The notes under the pieces: generated by a model
Seen by the model: only the letters and a program-made list of their open reading frames with translations
What the model was told of the DNA's origin: nothing
The model's database searches: none
Part shown: positions 19,673-28,685 of the stretch, in pieces
How positions within the stretch are numbered: the first letter of the stretch is position 1
How the letters are laid out: each line of letters starts with the position of its first letter
Source of the DNA: an uncultured Desulfosarcina sp.
GTDB taxonomy: Bacteria; Desulfobacterota; Desulfobacteria; Desulfobacterales; Desulfosarcinaceae
NCBI GenBank assembly: GCA_963674945.2
Contig: CAXXWQ010000004.1
Span: 1,088,001-1,152,000 of the forward strand
DNA length: 64,000 bases
Direction: 5' to 3'
Translations under genes and position numbers: made by a program

Positions 19673-20464
19673 TAGGGCTCGGGCCAAAGTCAACACATCC
19701 ACCCGCCGTGCCCCATCGGCAAGCAGTGTCCGGGCACAGGCATTGGCCGTCGCACCGGTTGTCAGCACGTCGTCCACCAGTAGGATCCTTTTCCCCGTGC
19801 TTTTCCCGGGATGGTTCATAAAAAAGGCATTTCGAATATTTTTCTTACGCTGATGCCTGTCCAGACCGGTCTGGGAAGCCGTGTTCCGTGCACGCACCAA
19901 AAGGTCGCGGACGATGGGTGGGGCTATTTCCGTCGGCCAGCCGCACACCAGAAGGAATGCCTGATTGAAACCCCGCCGCCGGAATCTGCGTCGATGAAGG
20001 GGAACGGGCGCAACCATGTCGATCTCATGTCGGGACCAATGGCGTGTGAATTCTGCGAACATGAGTTCACCCAATGGTCCGGCAAGGTTCACACGGCCAT
20101 TGAATTTTAATTCACCGATAGCGACACGCAGCGCCTGGTCGTGGATGCCCACGGCACGGGCCCGGTAAAAGTCGGTCGGATGCCGCAGGCACCGGCCGCA
20201 CAGGTGGTCCTCCCCTTCCCGGCCTGAAAACACCACACCGCATCGGCTGCAAAGCGGAGAGGTCACCGGGGTCCACTGATTTCTGCAGTCGGGACATAGA
20301 CAATGCGCCAAGACCGAGGAAAGACCGGTGGCCGGGAAAGACATTCCAGCAGGGGCATACCGTCCGGATAGCGAACCGGTGTGAAGGAACAGTTGTCCAC
20401 AGCCCAAACATTTTGCAGGGAAAAGGGCGTCTTTCAAGGAACGGGCAAAGCGCCCGAGTTCCAA
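19670..20464 (-). CDS. comF: ComF family protein (Zn finger + PRTase)
   Basis: CLGC/CPDC/CSRC/CGRC, RGFNQA, LLVDDVLTTGAT; start approximate. Confidence 0.88.
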   Translation of the reverse strand: MELGRFARSLKDALFPAKCLGCGQLFLHTGSLSGRYAPAGMSFPATGLSSVLAHCLCPDCRNQWTPVTSPLCSRCGVVFSGREGEDHLCGRCLRHPTDFYRARAVGIHDQALRVAIGELKFNGRVNLAGPLGELMFAEFTRHWSRHEIDMVAPVPLHRRRFRRRGFNQAFLLVCGWPTEIAPPIVRDLLVRARNTASQTGLDRHQRKKNIRNAFFMNHPGKSTGKRILLVDDVLTTGATANACARTLLADGARRVDVLTLARAL

Positions 20465-20468
20465 GAGG

Positions 20469-21692
20469 CTACTGGATCTGATCGACAATTGCCGCTGCAA
20501 ATTCAGAACATTTGACTTCTGTGGCCCCTTGGATCTGCCGGGCCAGGTCATAGGTCACCCGACGGGCCTTGATGGCTGCCTGTGTTCCTTCCCGAACGGC
20601 GCTCCCCGCCTCCTTCCACCCCATGTAGTCGAGCATCATGGCGCCGGATAGAATCAGGGAGCCGGGGTTTACCTTGTCCATGCCGGTATATTTGGGGGCG
20701 GTGCCGTGGGTGGCCTCGAAAACGGCGCAGGTGTCCCCGATATTGGCCCCGGGTGCCATCCCCAGCCCCCCTACCTGGGCGGCGAGGGCATCGGAAAGAT
20801 AGTCACCGTTCAAGTTCGGGGTGGCGATCACGTCATACTCGTCGGGACGAAGCAGCACCTGTTGAAAGAGCATATCGGCGATGCGGTCCTTGATCACGAC
20901 CTTGCCTCTGGGCGCATTTCCGTCATACTGTCCGTATAGCTGGGCCTCGGTGATGGTCTGGTCGCCAAACCGCTGCTTTGCCACTTCGTACCCCCATTGG
21001 GCAAAGGCACCTTCGGTGAATTTCATGATGTTGCCCTTATGCATGAGGGTAACGCTGGCACACCCATTCTCCAACGCGTGGGTGATGGCACGGGCAACCA
21101 GCCGCTTCGTATTGGCCGGACTGATGGGTTTGATGCCGATACCTGCCAACGACGGAAGCGTCACGCCCATTTTCGATCGTAAAAATTCGGCCAGGTCCTT
21201 TGCCTCTTGCGATCCCGAGGCCCATTCGATTCCGGCATAGAGGTCTTCCGTATTTTCCCGAAACACCACCATATCGATCTTTTCCGGATTTTTCATGGGG
21301 CTGGGAACGGTCTCGATATATCGTACCGGCCGAACACAGGCGTACAGGTCCAGCTTTTGTCGGATGGCCACATTCAGACTCCGGATTCCCTTGCCGATGG
21401 GCGTGGTCAGCGGTCCCTTGATGGCCACCACATGGGTTTCGATGGCATCCAGGGCCTCTTGGGGCAAAAAATTGCCGGTTTCCGCGTAGCCCTTTTCTCC
21501 AACGGGCAGTTCCATCCATGAGATTTCGCGATTGCCGCCATAGGCCTTTCCCACGGCCGCATCGATGACCATGCGTGTCGCACGCCATATGTCGGGACCG
21601 ATACCATCCCCCTCGATGAAGGGAATGATGGGATGATCCGGCACGACGAGGGCACCGCCATCCTTTTTGGTGATTTTCTCGGCAGTTGCCAC
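20469..21692 (-). CDS. icd: Isocitrate dehydrogenase (NADP)
   Basis: [49 protein letters not shown] start after GGAGG. Confidence 0.95.
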   Translation of the reverse strand: MATAEKITKKDGGALVVPDHPIIPFIEGDGIGPDIWRATRMVIDAAVGKAYGGNREISWMELPVGEKGYAETGNFLPQEALDAIETHVVAIKGPLTTPIGKGIRSLNVAIRQKLDLYACVRPVRYIETVPSPMKNPEKIDMVVFRENTEDLYAGIEWASGSQEAKDLAEFLRSKMGVTLPSLAGIGIKPISPANTKRLVARAITHALENGCASVTLMHKGNIMKFTEGAFAQWGYEVAKQRFGDQTITEAQLYGQYDGNAPRGKVVIKDRIADMLFQQVLLRPDEYDVIATPNLNGDYLSDALAAQVGGLGMAPGANIGDTCAVFEATHGTAPKYTGMDKVNPGSLILSGAMMLDYMGWKEAGSAVREGTQAAIKARRVTYDLARQIQGATEVKCSEFAAAIVDQIQ

Positions 21693-21825
21693 GGGCACTT
21701 CCTCCTGTTGTTGACGGCTTTTTAAGTGGAGCGTCTTTCTAAGTTTCGGGTGTCCACTCTCTTTTCGTAAAACAAACTTGTGCCTATGATAATACAATTC
21801 ACACAGAACCCAAGCAATAAAACGC

Positions 21826-22608
21826 CTAGACGGTAATCTGACGCTGACGAAACGCTTCGTACAGAACCACCGCCGCGGCAGCGGATGCGTTGAGAGAGTC
21901 GATCCGGCCGCAAAGGGGAATACGTACCAGAAAGTCACAGTTTTGTCGGACCAGCGGTCGAATCCCCTTTTCCTCTCCACCGATCACCAGGGCCAAGGGC
22001 CCATTGAAATCCGCCTGGAAAACGGTCTGCTGCGCGTCCATGGTCAGACCGGCCACCCAAACTCCATTTTTCTTCAATCCCTGGATGGTGGTATTCAGAT
22101 TGGTTACACGAAAAATGCGCGTATACTCGAGGGCACCGGCAGAAGCCTTGGAGACCGCCGGCGTGGGACCCACCGCCCGATCCTTGGGAATCAAAAGGGC
22201 GTCGACCCCCACACAGTGGGCGCTGCGAACGATGGCACCCAGATTGTTCGGGTCCACGATGCCGTCCAGCAATACCATAAGCGGTTCAGAAGCATCCCCT
22301 TGTTCCCGGAAAAAATGGGTCGGCCATGTTTCGACGGGAAAAGGGGAAACAGAGGCGGTCACGCCCTGATGCTGATCGCTTCCCGACACTGAACGAATCT
22401 GCTCGGCACCGACGGCCCGCAAGGGGATATTTCGCTCTTGTGCCGCTTTTGCGATTCGGCCGATCCTTTCGCCATGGGCCGCCTTGTCCACCATCACCGA
22501 ATGGATCTTACGGCGATGGGCGACCATCGCCTCCATTACGGGATGAAAACCGTATAGTGCCTCCCTTTCGCCAGCTGGCTGCCGATTTCTTCCGGTGTTT
22601 GCGGCCAT
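21826..22608 (-). CDS. rlmB: 23S rRNA Gm2251 methyltransferase (TrmH family)
   Basis: DP.NLGAI.R, GGEEKG, SLNAS. Confidence 0.92.
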   Translation of the reverse strand: MAANTGRNRQPAGEREALYGFHPVMEAMVAHRRKIHSVMVDKAAHGERIGRIAKAAQERNIPLRAVGAEQIRSVSGSDQHQGVTASVSPFPVETWPTHFFREQGDASEPLMVLLDGIVDPNNLGAIVRSAHCVGVDALLIPKDRAVGPTPAVSKASAGALEYTRIFRVTNLNTTIQGLKKNGVWVAGLTMDAQQTVFQADFNGPLALVIGGEEKGIRPLVRQNCDFLVRIPLCGRIDSLNASAAAAVVLYEAFRQRQITV

Positions 22609-22609
22609 A

Positions 22610-23206
22610 TCAACGCCACCCACATGACAACAGCGTGACAAACCGGGAGATGGCCTTTTCCAGGTCTTCATTGACGATCGTGTGCTTGTAGGCAGAGCGG
22701 TGGGCGATCTCCTTCCGGGCATTGTCCATGCGCATTTCGATCACTTCATGACTGTCCAATCCCCTTTGAACGAGCCGCTGGCGCAAGACCTCCATGGAGG
22801 GTGCCATGATGAAGATGGTGACCGCATCGGGAAAACGACGGACAATCTGCCGGGCGCCTTGGACATCGATGTCCAAAAGGACATCCCGGCCGGCGCCCAG
22901 GTGCTCTTCGATGAACCGTGCACTCGTGCCGTAGTAGTGGCCATGAACCCGGGCCCATTCCGCCCACTTGCCTTCGTCGATCCCTTGCCGGAACGCTTTT
23001 TCGGTAACGAAAAAGTAATCGACCCCCTCCTTTTCGCCTTTCCGCGGTGACCTTGTGGTGGTACTCACCGAATAGACCAGCTGTGGCAGATGATCACGAA
23101 CAGCCCTGCACAATGTGGTTTTTCCGGCTCCTGATGGGGCGGAGACAACAAAAAGACGGCCCGTTTTCCCCTTTGGGACGTCCTTTGCGGAAATGGCATC
23201 GGTCAT
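22610..23206 (-). CDS. gmk: Guanylate kinase
   Basis: [30 protein letters not shown]. Confidence 0.97.
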   Translation of the reverse strand: MTDAISAKDVPKGKTGRLFVVSAPSGAGKTTLCRAVRDHLPQLVYSVSTTTRSPRKGEKEGVDYFFVTEKAFRQGIDEGKWAEWARVHGHYYGTSARFIEEHLGAGRDVLLDIDVQGARQIVRRFPDAVTIFIMAPSMEVLRQRLVQRGLDSHEVIEMRMDNARKEIAHRSAYKHTIVNEDLEKAISRFVTLLSCGWR

Positions 23207-23460
23207 TTTTTCTCGGCCTTCAAATCCTCGAAGCGCTGGGAGAGGGTCTCGAATTGGATGGCGGACAAGACGATATGGTTGCTGTCCATGACAATAATGG
23301 CCCGCGTCCGTCGACCCTGGGTAGCGTCCAATAGATGATGTTCCTGCCGCGCCTCATCCTTCAACCGTTTCATTGGAGAGGAAGCGGGAGCGACGATGGC
23401 CACGACCCGATCGGCCACGACCATGTTTCCAAAACCGATGTTCAGAAGTTTTTTTTCCAT
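23203..23460 (-). CDS. DUF370/RemA family protein
   Basis: LNIGFGN...DATQGRRTR; typical yicC-remA-gmk order. Confidence 0.9.
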   Translation of the reverse strand: MEKKLLNIGFGNMVVADRVVAIVAPASSPMKRLKDEARQEHHLLDATQGRRTRAIIVMDSNHIVLSAIQFETLSQRFEDLKAEKK

Positions 23461-23463
23461 CCC

Positions 23464-24345
23464 CTACTCTACATTCTGGACCTGCTCGCGCAGCTTTTCC
23501 AGTTCCGATTTTGCCGCAACGATGATGTGGGACATGGTGGCCTTGCCCGATTTCGCCCCCATGGTGGTAAATTCCCGGTTAAATTCCTGGAGAAGAAAAT
23601 TAAGGGGTCTTCCCGCAGGCGTTTTGTCCTCAATGCGCGTTCGAAACTGCTTTGCATGGCTCTTTGCCCGAACGATCTCTTCGGAGATATCGCTTCGATC
23701 GGCCAAAAGGGCAGCCTCCTGCGCGATGCGGGCAGGGTCGATTTCCACGACGCCGCGGGTGAGCGCATCGATCCGCTCTGTAAGACGTTTCTGATAGATT
23801 TCGGGCAATCCTTCGGCCTCCACCGCGATCTGATCGAGGAGGGATTCCACGGTGTCAAGGCGCTGATGAAAATCCCGGGCCAGATGGTCTCCCTCCACGC
23901 GGCGCATCGCATCCAGATCGGCCATGGCCGAATTCAGACACGCCAGCACGTGCGGCCAAGCGTCATCCGCATCCTTCTCCACCTCCTTTGCCTGAATCAT
24001 GTTTCCACCGGATAGGAGGTCCGCAAGTTCGACGGTCCCGCCAAGCCCCAATTCATCGCGTACGGCGGTCAAGGCGTCGAAATAGGCGCGAGCACGCGGC
24101 AAATTGATCTCGAATCCCGTGTCCGCCTCCGAAACGTCTTGGATCTGAACGCGGATCTCGACCCTTCCGCGGGCCACGGTTTCGGCGACCACCGCCTTGA
24201 TTCGCTCTTCGAGGGCTTCGAAGCCGTGGGTGAGTTTCAGGGCCACATCCAGGTGCCGGCTATTGTAGGAACGCACCTCCACACAAATGTCATAGGGTGG
24301 CACCGGGTGCTGGCCCCTGGCGTAGGCGGTCATGCTTTTAATCAT
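23464..24345 (-). CDS. yicC: YicC family endoribonuclease
   Basis: MIKSMT.Y, RGRVE, DISEE, LNFLLQEFNRE, REQVQNVE. Confidence 0.93.
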   Translation of the reverse strand: MIKSMTAYARGQHPVPPYDICVEVRSYNSRHLDVALKLTHGFEALEERIKAVVAETVARGRVEIRVQIQDVSEADTGFEINLPRARAYFDALTAVRDELGLGGTVELADLLSGGNMIQAKEVEKDADDAWPHVLACLNSAMADLDAMRRVEGDHLARDFHQRLDTVESLLDQIAVEAEGLPEIYQKRLTERIDALTRGVVEIDPARIAQEAALLADRSDISEEIVRAKSHAKQFRTRIEDKTPAGRPLNFLLQEFNREFTTMGAKSGKATMSHIIVAAKSELEKLREQVQNVE

Positions 24346-24881
24346 CGCAATTTTCCAATCGTTTGTAAATCCAACATGTATTTCCTTCGGACCAGGGTCA
24401 AAAAATCGATCATGCCTTCATCGGCATAATCGGGATAGGTCCATGGAAGGGTTCGAAATGCCCCCTTTTGATACATCAAGGTCAAATCGGCGAAGATTCC
24501 CTCGCCGATGTATATTCTGTGGGAAAAATTTTTTCCGGTGGCCAGAACGAAACGTTCGGCGACCAGATATCCCGGATCGATGTTAACACGGCGCTTTCCA
24601 TCCCGCAAAAGACGATTTTCCAGATCATTGGTTGTATGCTTGATCTGGGGCAGTCGGGTCTGGTTCACGAGGGATTTGAATACCAGCATTCGTCGGTACA
24701 GCGGCCCCCCCATCTCCTTTTCATAGTAAGTCGTAAAATCGAAATCGAACCAGGCACTGACCATGTCCAGGGGACCGAACAACCGGATCAGGTCCCTTAC
24801 CAGGGACGGGGCCAATGACTTCTCTTTCGCGAAAAAGCCCACGATGAGTTTGGCGGACTTGGGATGCTGGGGCAGGCTCAT
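24342..24881 (-). CDS. DUF4416-like conserved protein
   Basis: YYEKEMG, RRVNIDPGY, ATGKNFSHRIY, WTYPDY; overlaps the yicC start. Confidence 0.75.
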   Translation of the reverse strand: MSLPQHPKSAKLIVGFFAKEKSLAPSLVRDLIRLFGPLDMVSAWFDFDFTTYYEKEMGGPLYRRMLVFKSLVNQTRLPQIKHTTNDLENRLLRDGKRRVNIDPGYLVAERFVLATGKNFSHRIYIGEGIFADLTLMYQKGAFRTLPWTYPDYADEGMIDFLTLVRRKYMLDLQTIGKLR

Positions 24882-24933
24882 GGGAAAACCGGCAAATGCC
24901 TATGCATTGATTGAATTACATAACCGGGCTATC

Positions 24934-25057
24934 GACGGCTTCGTAAAAACCCCGGGATCAAGGCTTGCGAATCCCGAAAAAAAGAGTCGGATATGAAATA
25001 CGTCGCAATGACGAGGGATTCGCGTAATACAGATACCGGGCTTCTTACGGAGCCGTC
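24934..25057. repeat. Family-2 hairpin element (MITE/REP-like), copy 1
   Basis: Terminal IR GACGGCTTCGTAAAAA / TTCTTACGGAGCCGTC; inner stem GCGAATCCC/GGGATTCGC; similar to 28552-28677. Confidence 0.8.
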
Positions 25058-25062
25058 ACGTA

Positions 25063-25233
25063 TTACGGAAGGGGCTTTGCTTCATCGATCAGCATAATGG
25101 GAATATCGTCTCTGATTTCGTACACCAACCGGCAGGCTTCACAGACCAGGCCGTCTTCTGCCTCGTTGAGATGGATCTCCCCCTTGCACTGGGGGCAGGC
25201 AAGGATTTCAAGTAGCTCCTGATTGATTGCCAT
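25063..25233 (-). CDS. Trm112/YcaR-family protein (56 aa)
   Basis: Below the ORF-track cutoff; hand translation MAINQELLEILACPQCKG...LVCEACRLVYEIRDDIPIMLIDEA; AGGAG RBS. Confidence 0.9.
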   Translation of the reverse strand: MAINQELLEILACPQCKGEIHLNEAEDGLVCEACRLVYEIRDDIPIMLIDEAKPLP

Positions 25234-25254
25234 GTTGTCTCCTTTTTTTGAAAC

Positions 25255-26739
25255 CTAATCGCTATTGGCTAGTTTTTGCGCGATGGACGTGGTGCTGTAT
25301 CCTTCCAGCAGATCCACGAGACGGACCTGCCCACCATATGCCTCGACCTCTTTTTTGCCCACGACTTCGTGAATCTGGTAGTCCGATCCCTTGACGAGAA
25401 TATCCGGTTTCAATCGTCCGATGAGGTTCAATGGGGTGTCTTCGTCGAAAAAAACCACCATGTCCACGTCTTCGAGAGCACTCAAGATCGCCGCCCTGTC
25501 GGGTCCAGGCAGGATCGGGCGCGAAGGCCCTTTGAGCCGTTTGATGGAGTCGTCCGTATTGAGCCCGACGATCAGTCGGTCACCTAGGTGCCGGGCCTGG
25601 TGAAGCAGGCTCACGTGGCCGGGATGCAAAAGATCGAAACAGCCGTTGGTGAAGACGATCTTCTGTTCTGACCGTCGCCAGCGGGCCAGTCGCGCCTCGG
25701 CAGCCGTCACATCGGCAACCTTCCAAAGGGTCGAACCGGGTGTCGTCATGGTTTCGTAAGCCATGGCTTGTTCCAGTTCCTCGTTGCCGACGGCCCAGGT
25801 CCCCACCTTTCCCACAACGATGCCCGCAGCCGTGTTGGCCACCTTTGCCGCATGGGCAAAATCCAGCCCCGCAGCCACGCAAGCCGCCAGGGTCGCGATA
25901 ACCGTGTCACCGGCACCGGAGACATCGAACACCTCCCTGGCCCGGGCGGCGATGTTGACGGGATCGGTATCGGCGCCAAACAATGCCATTCCCTCGGGGC
26001 CGCGGGTGACCAGGAGCCAATGTAAACAGAGCCGGCTGCGCAAATCTCCGGCAGCCTTGATCCAGCGCCCATCGGCGGTCACCGGTATTCCGGTGGCCGA
26101 TTCCAGTTCCGCCGTGTTTGGGGTGATGCAACTGGCGCCGGTGTACCGTTGCCAATCATTTCCCTTTGGATCGATGAAAACGGGAATTTTCTCCTTGTTG
26201 CAGGCACGAATCATCGCCTGCACCGTTTCGGATTCCGTCAGCAGTCCTTTGCCGTAATCCGACAAAACCACCGCATCCGTTTCCACCAGTCGTTTTGTTA
26301 CCGCCTCGAGCAGCCTTTTGGACACTTCGGCTTCGATCTCGCCATGGTCCTCTTCGTCGAGGCGGACCACCTGCTGCTTGCCGGCCATGATCCGGGTCTT
26401 GGTCGTCGTCGGCCGTTTCGAATCGGCGATGCAACGGTCCGCGATGCCAAGCTTCTGTAAGCGTGCCTGAATCTGCCGGGCGGCTTCATCCTCTCCCACC
26501 AATCCGACGATGGTGGCGGCGCATCCCAAACCGGCGAGATTGGCGGCCACATTGCCCGCGCCCCCCAAACGATATTCCTTTCCGTCTGGATTGAGCCGGA
26601 CCACCGGCACGGGGGCCTCGGGGGAGATCCGGCGCACGCTCCCCCAATAGTACCGATCCAACATCAGATCGCCCACCACAAGGACCCTTACCTTGGCCAG
26701 TCGGCCTGTCAGCTGTGCATGGGAGGCGTCGGAATTCAC
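25255..26739 (-). CDS. hldE: Bifunctional heptose-7-phosphate kinase / heptose-1-phosphate adenylyltransferase
   Basis: GDLMLD.Y, RISPEAPVPV, DVSGAGDTV; C-terminal TNGCFDLLH.GH. Confidence 0.96.
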   Translation of the reverse strand: MNSDASHAQLTGRLAKVRVLVVGDLMLDRYYWGSVRRISPEAPVPVVRLNPDGKEYRLGGAGNVAANLAGLGCAATIVGLVGEDEAARQIQARLQKLGIADRCIADSKRPTTTKTRIMAGKQQVVRLDEEDHGEIEAEVSKRLLEAVTKRLVETDAVVLSDYGKGLLTESETVQAMIRACNKEKIPVFIDPKGNDWQRYTGASCITPNTAELESATGIPVTADGRWIKAAGDLRSRLCLHWLLVTRGPEGMALFGADTDPVNIAARAREVFDVSGAGDTVIATLAACVAAGLDFAHAAKVANTAAGIVVGKVGTWAVGNEELEQAMAYETMTTPGSTLWKVADVTAAEARLARWRRSEQKIVFTNGCFDLLHPGHVSLLHQARHLGDRLIVGLNTDDSIKRLKGPSRPILPGPDRAAILSALEDVDMVVFFDEDTPLNLIGRLKPDILVKGSDYQIHEVVGKKEVEAYGGQVRLVDLLEGYSTTSIAQKLANSD

Positions 26740-27314
26740 GATGATTCTTCCTTATCGGCTGCGGGCAGCCCTTTTTCGATGACCCACGCCCAGTAATGGA
26801 GAATGAAGATATGGGTTTCCTGGATGCGGGCCGTCGAGGCATCGGCCACCACAACGGCCTGGTCCACCCGATCCTTCAGGTCTCCGCCATCTTTTCCCAA
26901 GAGTCCCACCGACATGATCTCCATTTGCCGGGCACATTCCACGGCACGAAGGACATTGGGGGATCGGCCGGAGGTGGAGATGCCGATCAGCACGTCCCCT
27001 TTTCGCCCCAAACCGGTCACCTGCCGGGCGAAGACTTCGTCGTATCCGTAATCGTTTCCCACGGCCGTAAGAATGGATGTGTCGGTGGTCAGGGCCACGG
27101 CCGGATAGGCGCGTCGATCGGTTTCGAACCGGCCGACGATTTCGGCGGCGAAGTGCTGGGCATCGGCGGCGCTTCCGCCGTTTCCACAGATCATCAGCTT
27201 GTTTCCGGCAACGAGGCGGTCTCGCATGGCCCGGCCTGCCCTTTCCAGGATGGAGGCCAGGGGGCGGATGCTTTCCAGGCAGCGGATATGGGCGTCTATC
27301 ATCTCATGAAACAT
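26736..27314 (-). CDS. gmhA: Phosphoheptose isomerase
   Basis: CGNGGSAADAQHFAAE, GND.GYD.VFARQ, STSGRS, RIQETH. Confidence 0.96.
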   Translation of the reverse strand: MFHEMIDAHIRCLESIRPLASILERAGRAMRDRLVAGNKLMICGNGGSAADAQHFAAEIVGRFETDRRAYPAVALTTDTSILTAVGNDYGYDEVFARQVTGLGRKGDVLIGISTSGRSPNVLRAVECARQMEIMSVGLLGKDGGDLKDRVDQAVVVADASTARIQETHIFILHYWAWVIEKGLPAADKEESS

Positions 27315-27390
27315 GGTTGTGTAGCGTCCTTTTCGTGTTGGCGAATTGAAACGTTGATAGCACACACCGCCTGAATTTGCAGCATTTTTA

Positions 27391-28347
27391 TCACCGGTGC
27401 GGGGTGTCGGCGGTTTCGTATATGGCTGCCGCCAGAAGGGGGATCATGATCTCATGGTGGCCGGTGATGGCGTACCCGTTGCCACCGGTGAGTACGGGTC
27501 TTCGCACAACGTTCACGCCGGGCCGATAGTGCTGAATCATGTCGAAATTGGCCGTGGTAAAGTTTCTCACCGGATTTTTCAGGTTGCGGGCGACGGCCAG
27601 CGCCTTGAGAAAGACCTCGGGCATGATGACGGCGGAGCCGAAATTGAGGACCACGCCGCCGTCCCCGAGCCTTGCGACGTTGGCGGCGAAAATTCGAAAG
27701 TCCCGTAAGGAGGCATTGCCGATGGCCGCGCCGCTTGCCGTGGGATGCTGGTGAACGATGTCGGTACCCAGCGCCACGTGAAGGGTATAGGGAATGTTCA
27801 ACCGGTGGGCACAGGCGATGAGGGCGCGTTTCACAAACGGCGCCTTCTCTTCCACCAGCATCGCCCCTACGGCCTCTCCGAATCCCTCCTGGCCCCGGGC
27901 GGCCCGCATGGCCGCCTCGTTGACCAGAAGCGCCGTGTCCGCCGCCATGCCGAAGGAACCATCTTCCAGTTGGACGGCCACATCCTCGCTGGTATGTCCC
28001 AATCGGGCCAGTTCGGTGTCGTGGATGGCGGCGGAGCCGTTGGAAGCCAGGTGGGTGATAAAGCCGTCACTGGCCAGGCCGGCCAACACCGGCGCCAATC
28101 CGGTCTTGATGACGTGGCCGCCCAACATCACCAGTATTGGTTTTCCCGCCCGCTTGGCGGCCACAACGGCACGGGCAACGGCCTTGAGGTCCTCCGCCTT
28201 TAACACGGCGGGAAGGCCTTCCAAAAATTCCGAGACGCGCAGGCCTGGTCGTAAGGGGCTCGCCTCCAGGTCGGTCGTCACCTTGGAGGGCCGATCGATG
28301 GCCTGATAGGTGGTAATGGCAGAAAGGTCGATTTCGTCGTGGGGCAT
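27391..28347 (-). CDS. Conserved hypothetical protein, deoxyhypusine-synthase-like fold suspected
   Basis: 318 aa ORF with host-like codon usage; GGHVIKTG...SNGSAAIHD, GTDI.H.HP, ITGHHEIMIPLL. Confidence 0.75.
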   Translation of the reverse strand: MPHDEIDLSAITTYQAIDRPSKVTTDLEASPLRPGLRVSEFLEGLPAVLKAEDLKAVARAVVAAKRAGKPILVMLGGHVIKTGLAPVLAGLASDGFITHLASNGSAAIHDTELARLGHTSEDVAVQLEDGSFGMAADTALLVNEAAMRAARGQEGFGEAVGAMLVEEKAPFVKRALIACAHRLNIPYTLHVALGTDIVHQHPTASGAAIGNASLRDFRIFAANVARLGDGGVVLNFGSAVIMPEVFLKALAVARNLKNPVRNFTTANFDMIQHYRPGVNVVRRPVLTGGNGYAITGHHEIMIPLLAAAIYETADTPHR

Positions 28348-28366
28348 GGTGTGATTCCAGTATTAT

Positions 28367-28430
28367 GGTCCTCGGTTCTCGGTTTAGTATTCCATAGCAT
28401 AAAGAACCGGGAACTGGGAACCGTGAACTA
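28367..28430. repeat. Inverted array of 7-mer tandem repeats
   Basis: GGTCCTC GGTTCTC GGTTT ... GAACCGG GAACTGG GAACCGT GAACTA. Confidence 0.6.
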
Positions 28431-28551
28431 AAAACAGGCCGGCATGAAATCAGCGACCACCCCGTTTACAAAAATGATCCCATGCAGTAAGTTCCGATCA
28501 TCATTTAAAAAGCATGTTATGAATGGATGAACCCGTAAGTGTCGAATTTCG

Positions 28552-28677
28552 GGCGGCTTCGTAAAAAGTTCGAGGTCAAGGCTTGCGAGCTCCGAGGAAT
28601 AAGGCGTATGGTTGAAGGCGTCGCAGTGACGAGGGGTGAAGTGCAGGCGCGGATGTCAGGCTTTTCACGAAGCCGTT
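28552..28677. repeat. Family-2 hairpin element, copy 2
   Basis: GGCGGCTTCGTAAAAAG / CTTTTCACGAAGCCGTT; shares TCAAGGCTTGCGA and GTCGCARTGACGAGGG with copy 1. Confidence 0.8.
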
Positions 28678-28685
28678 AATGTTGG

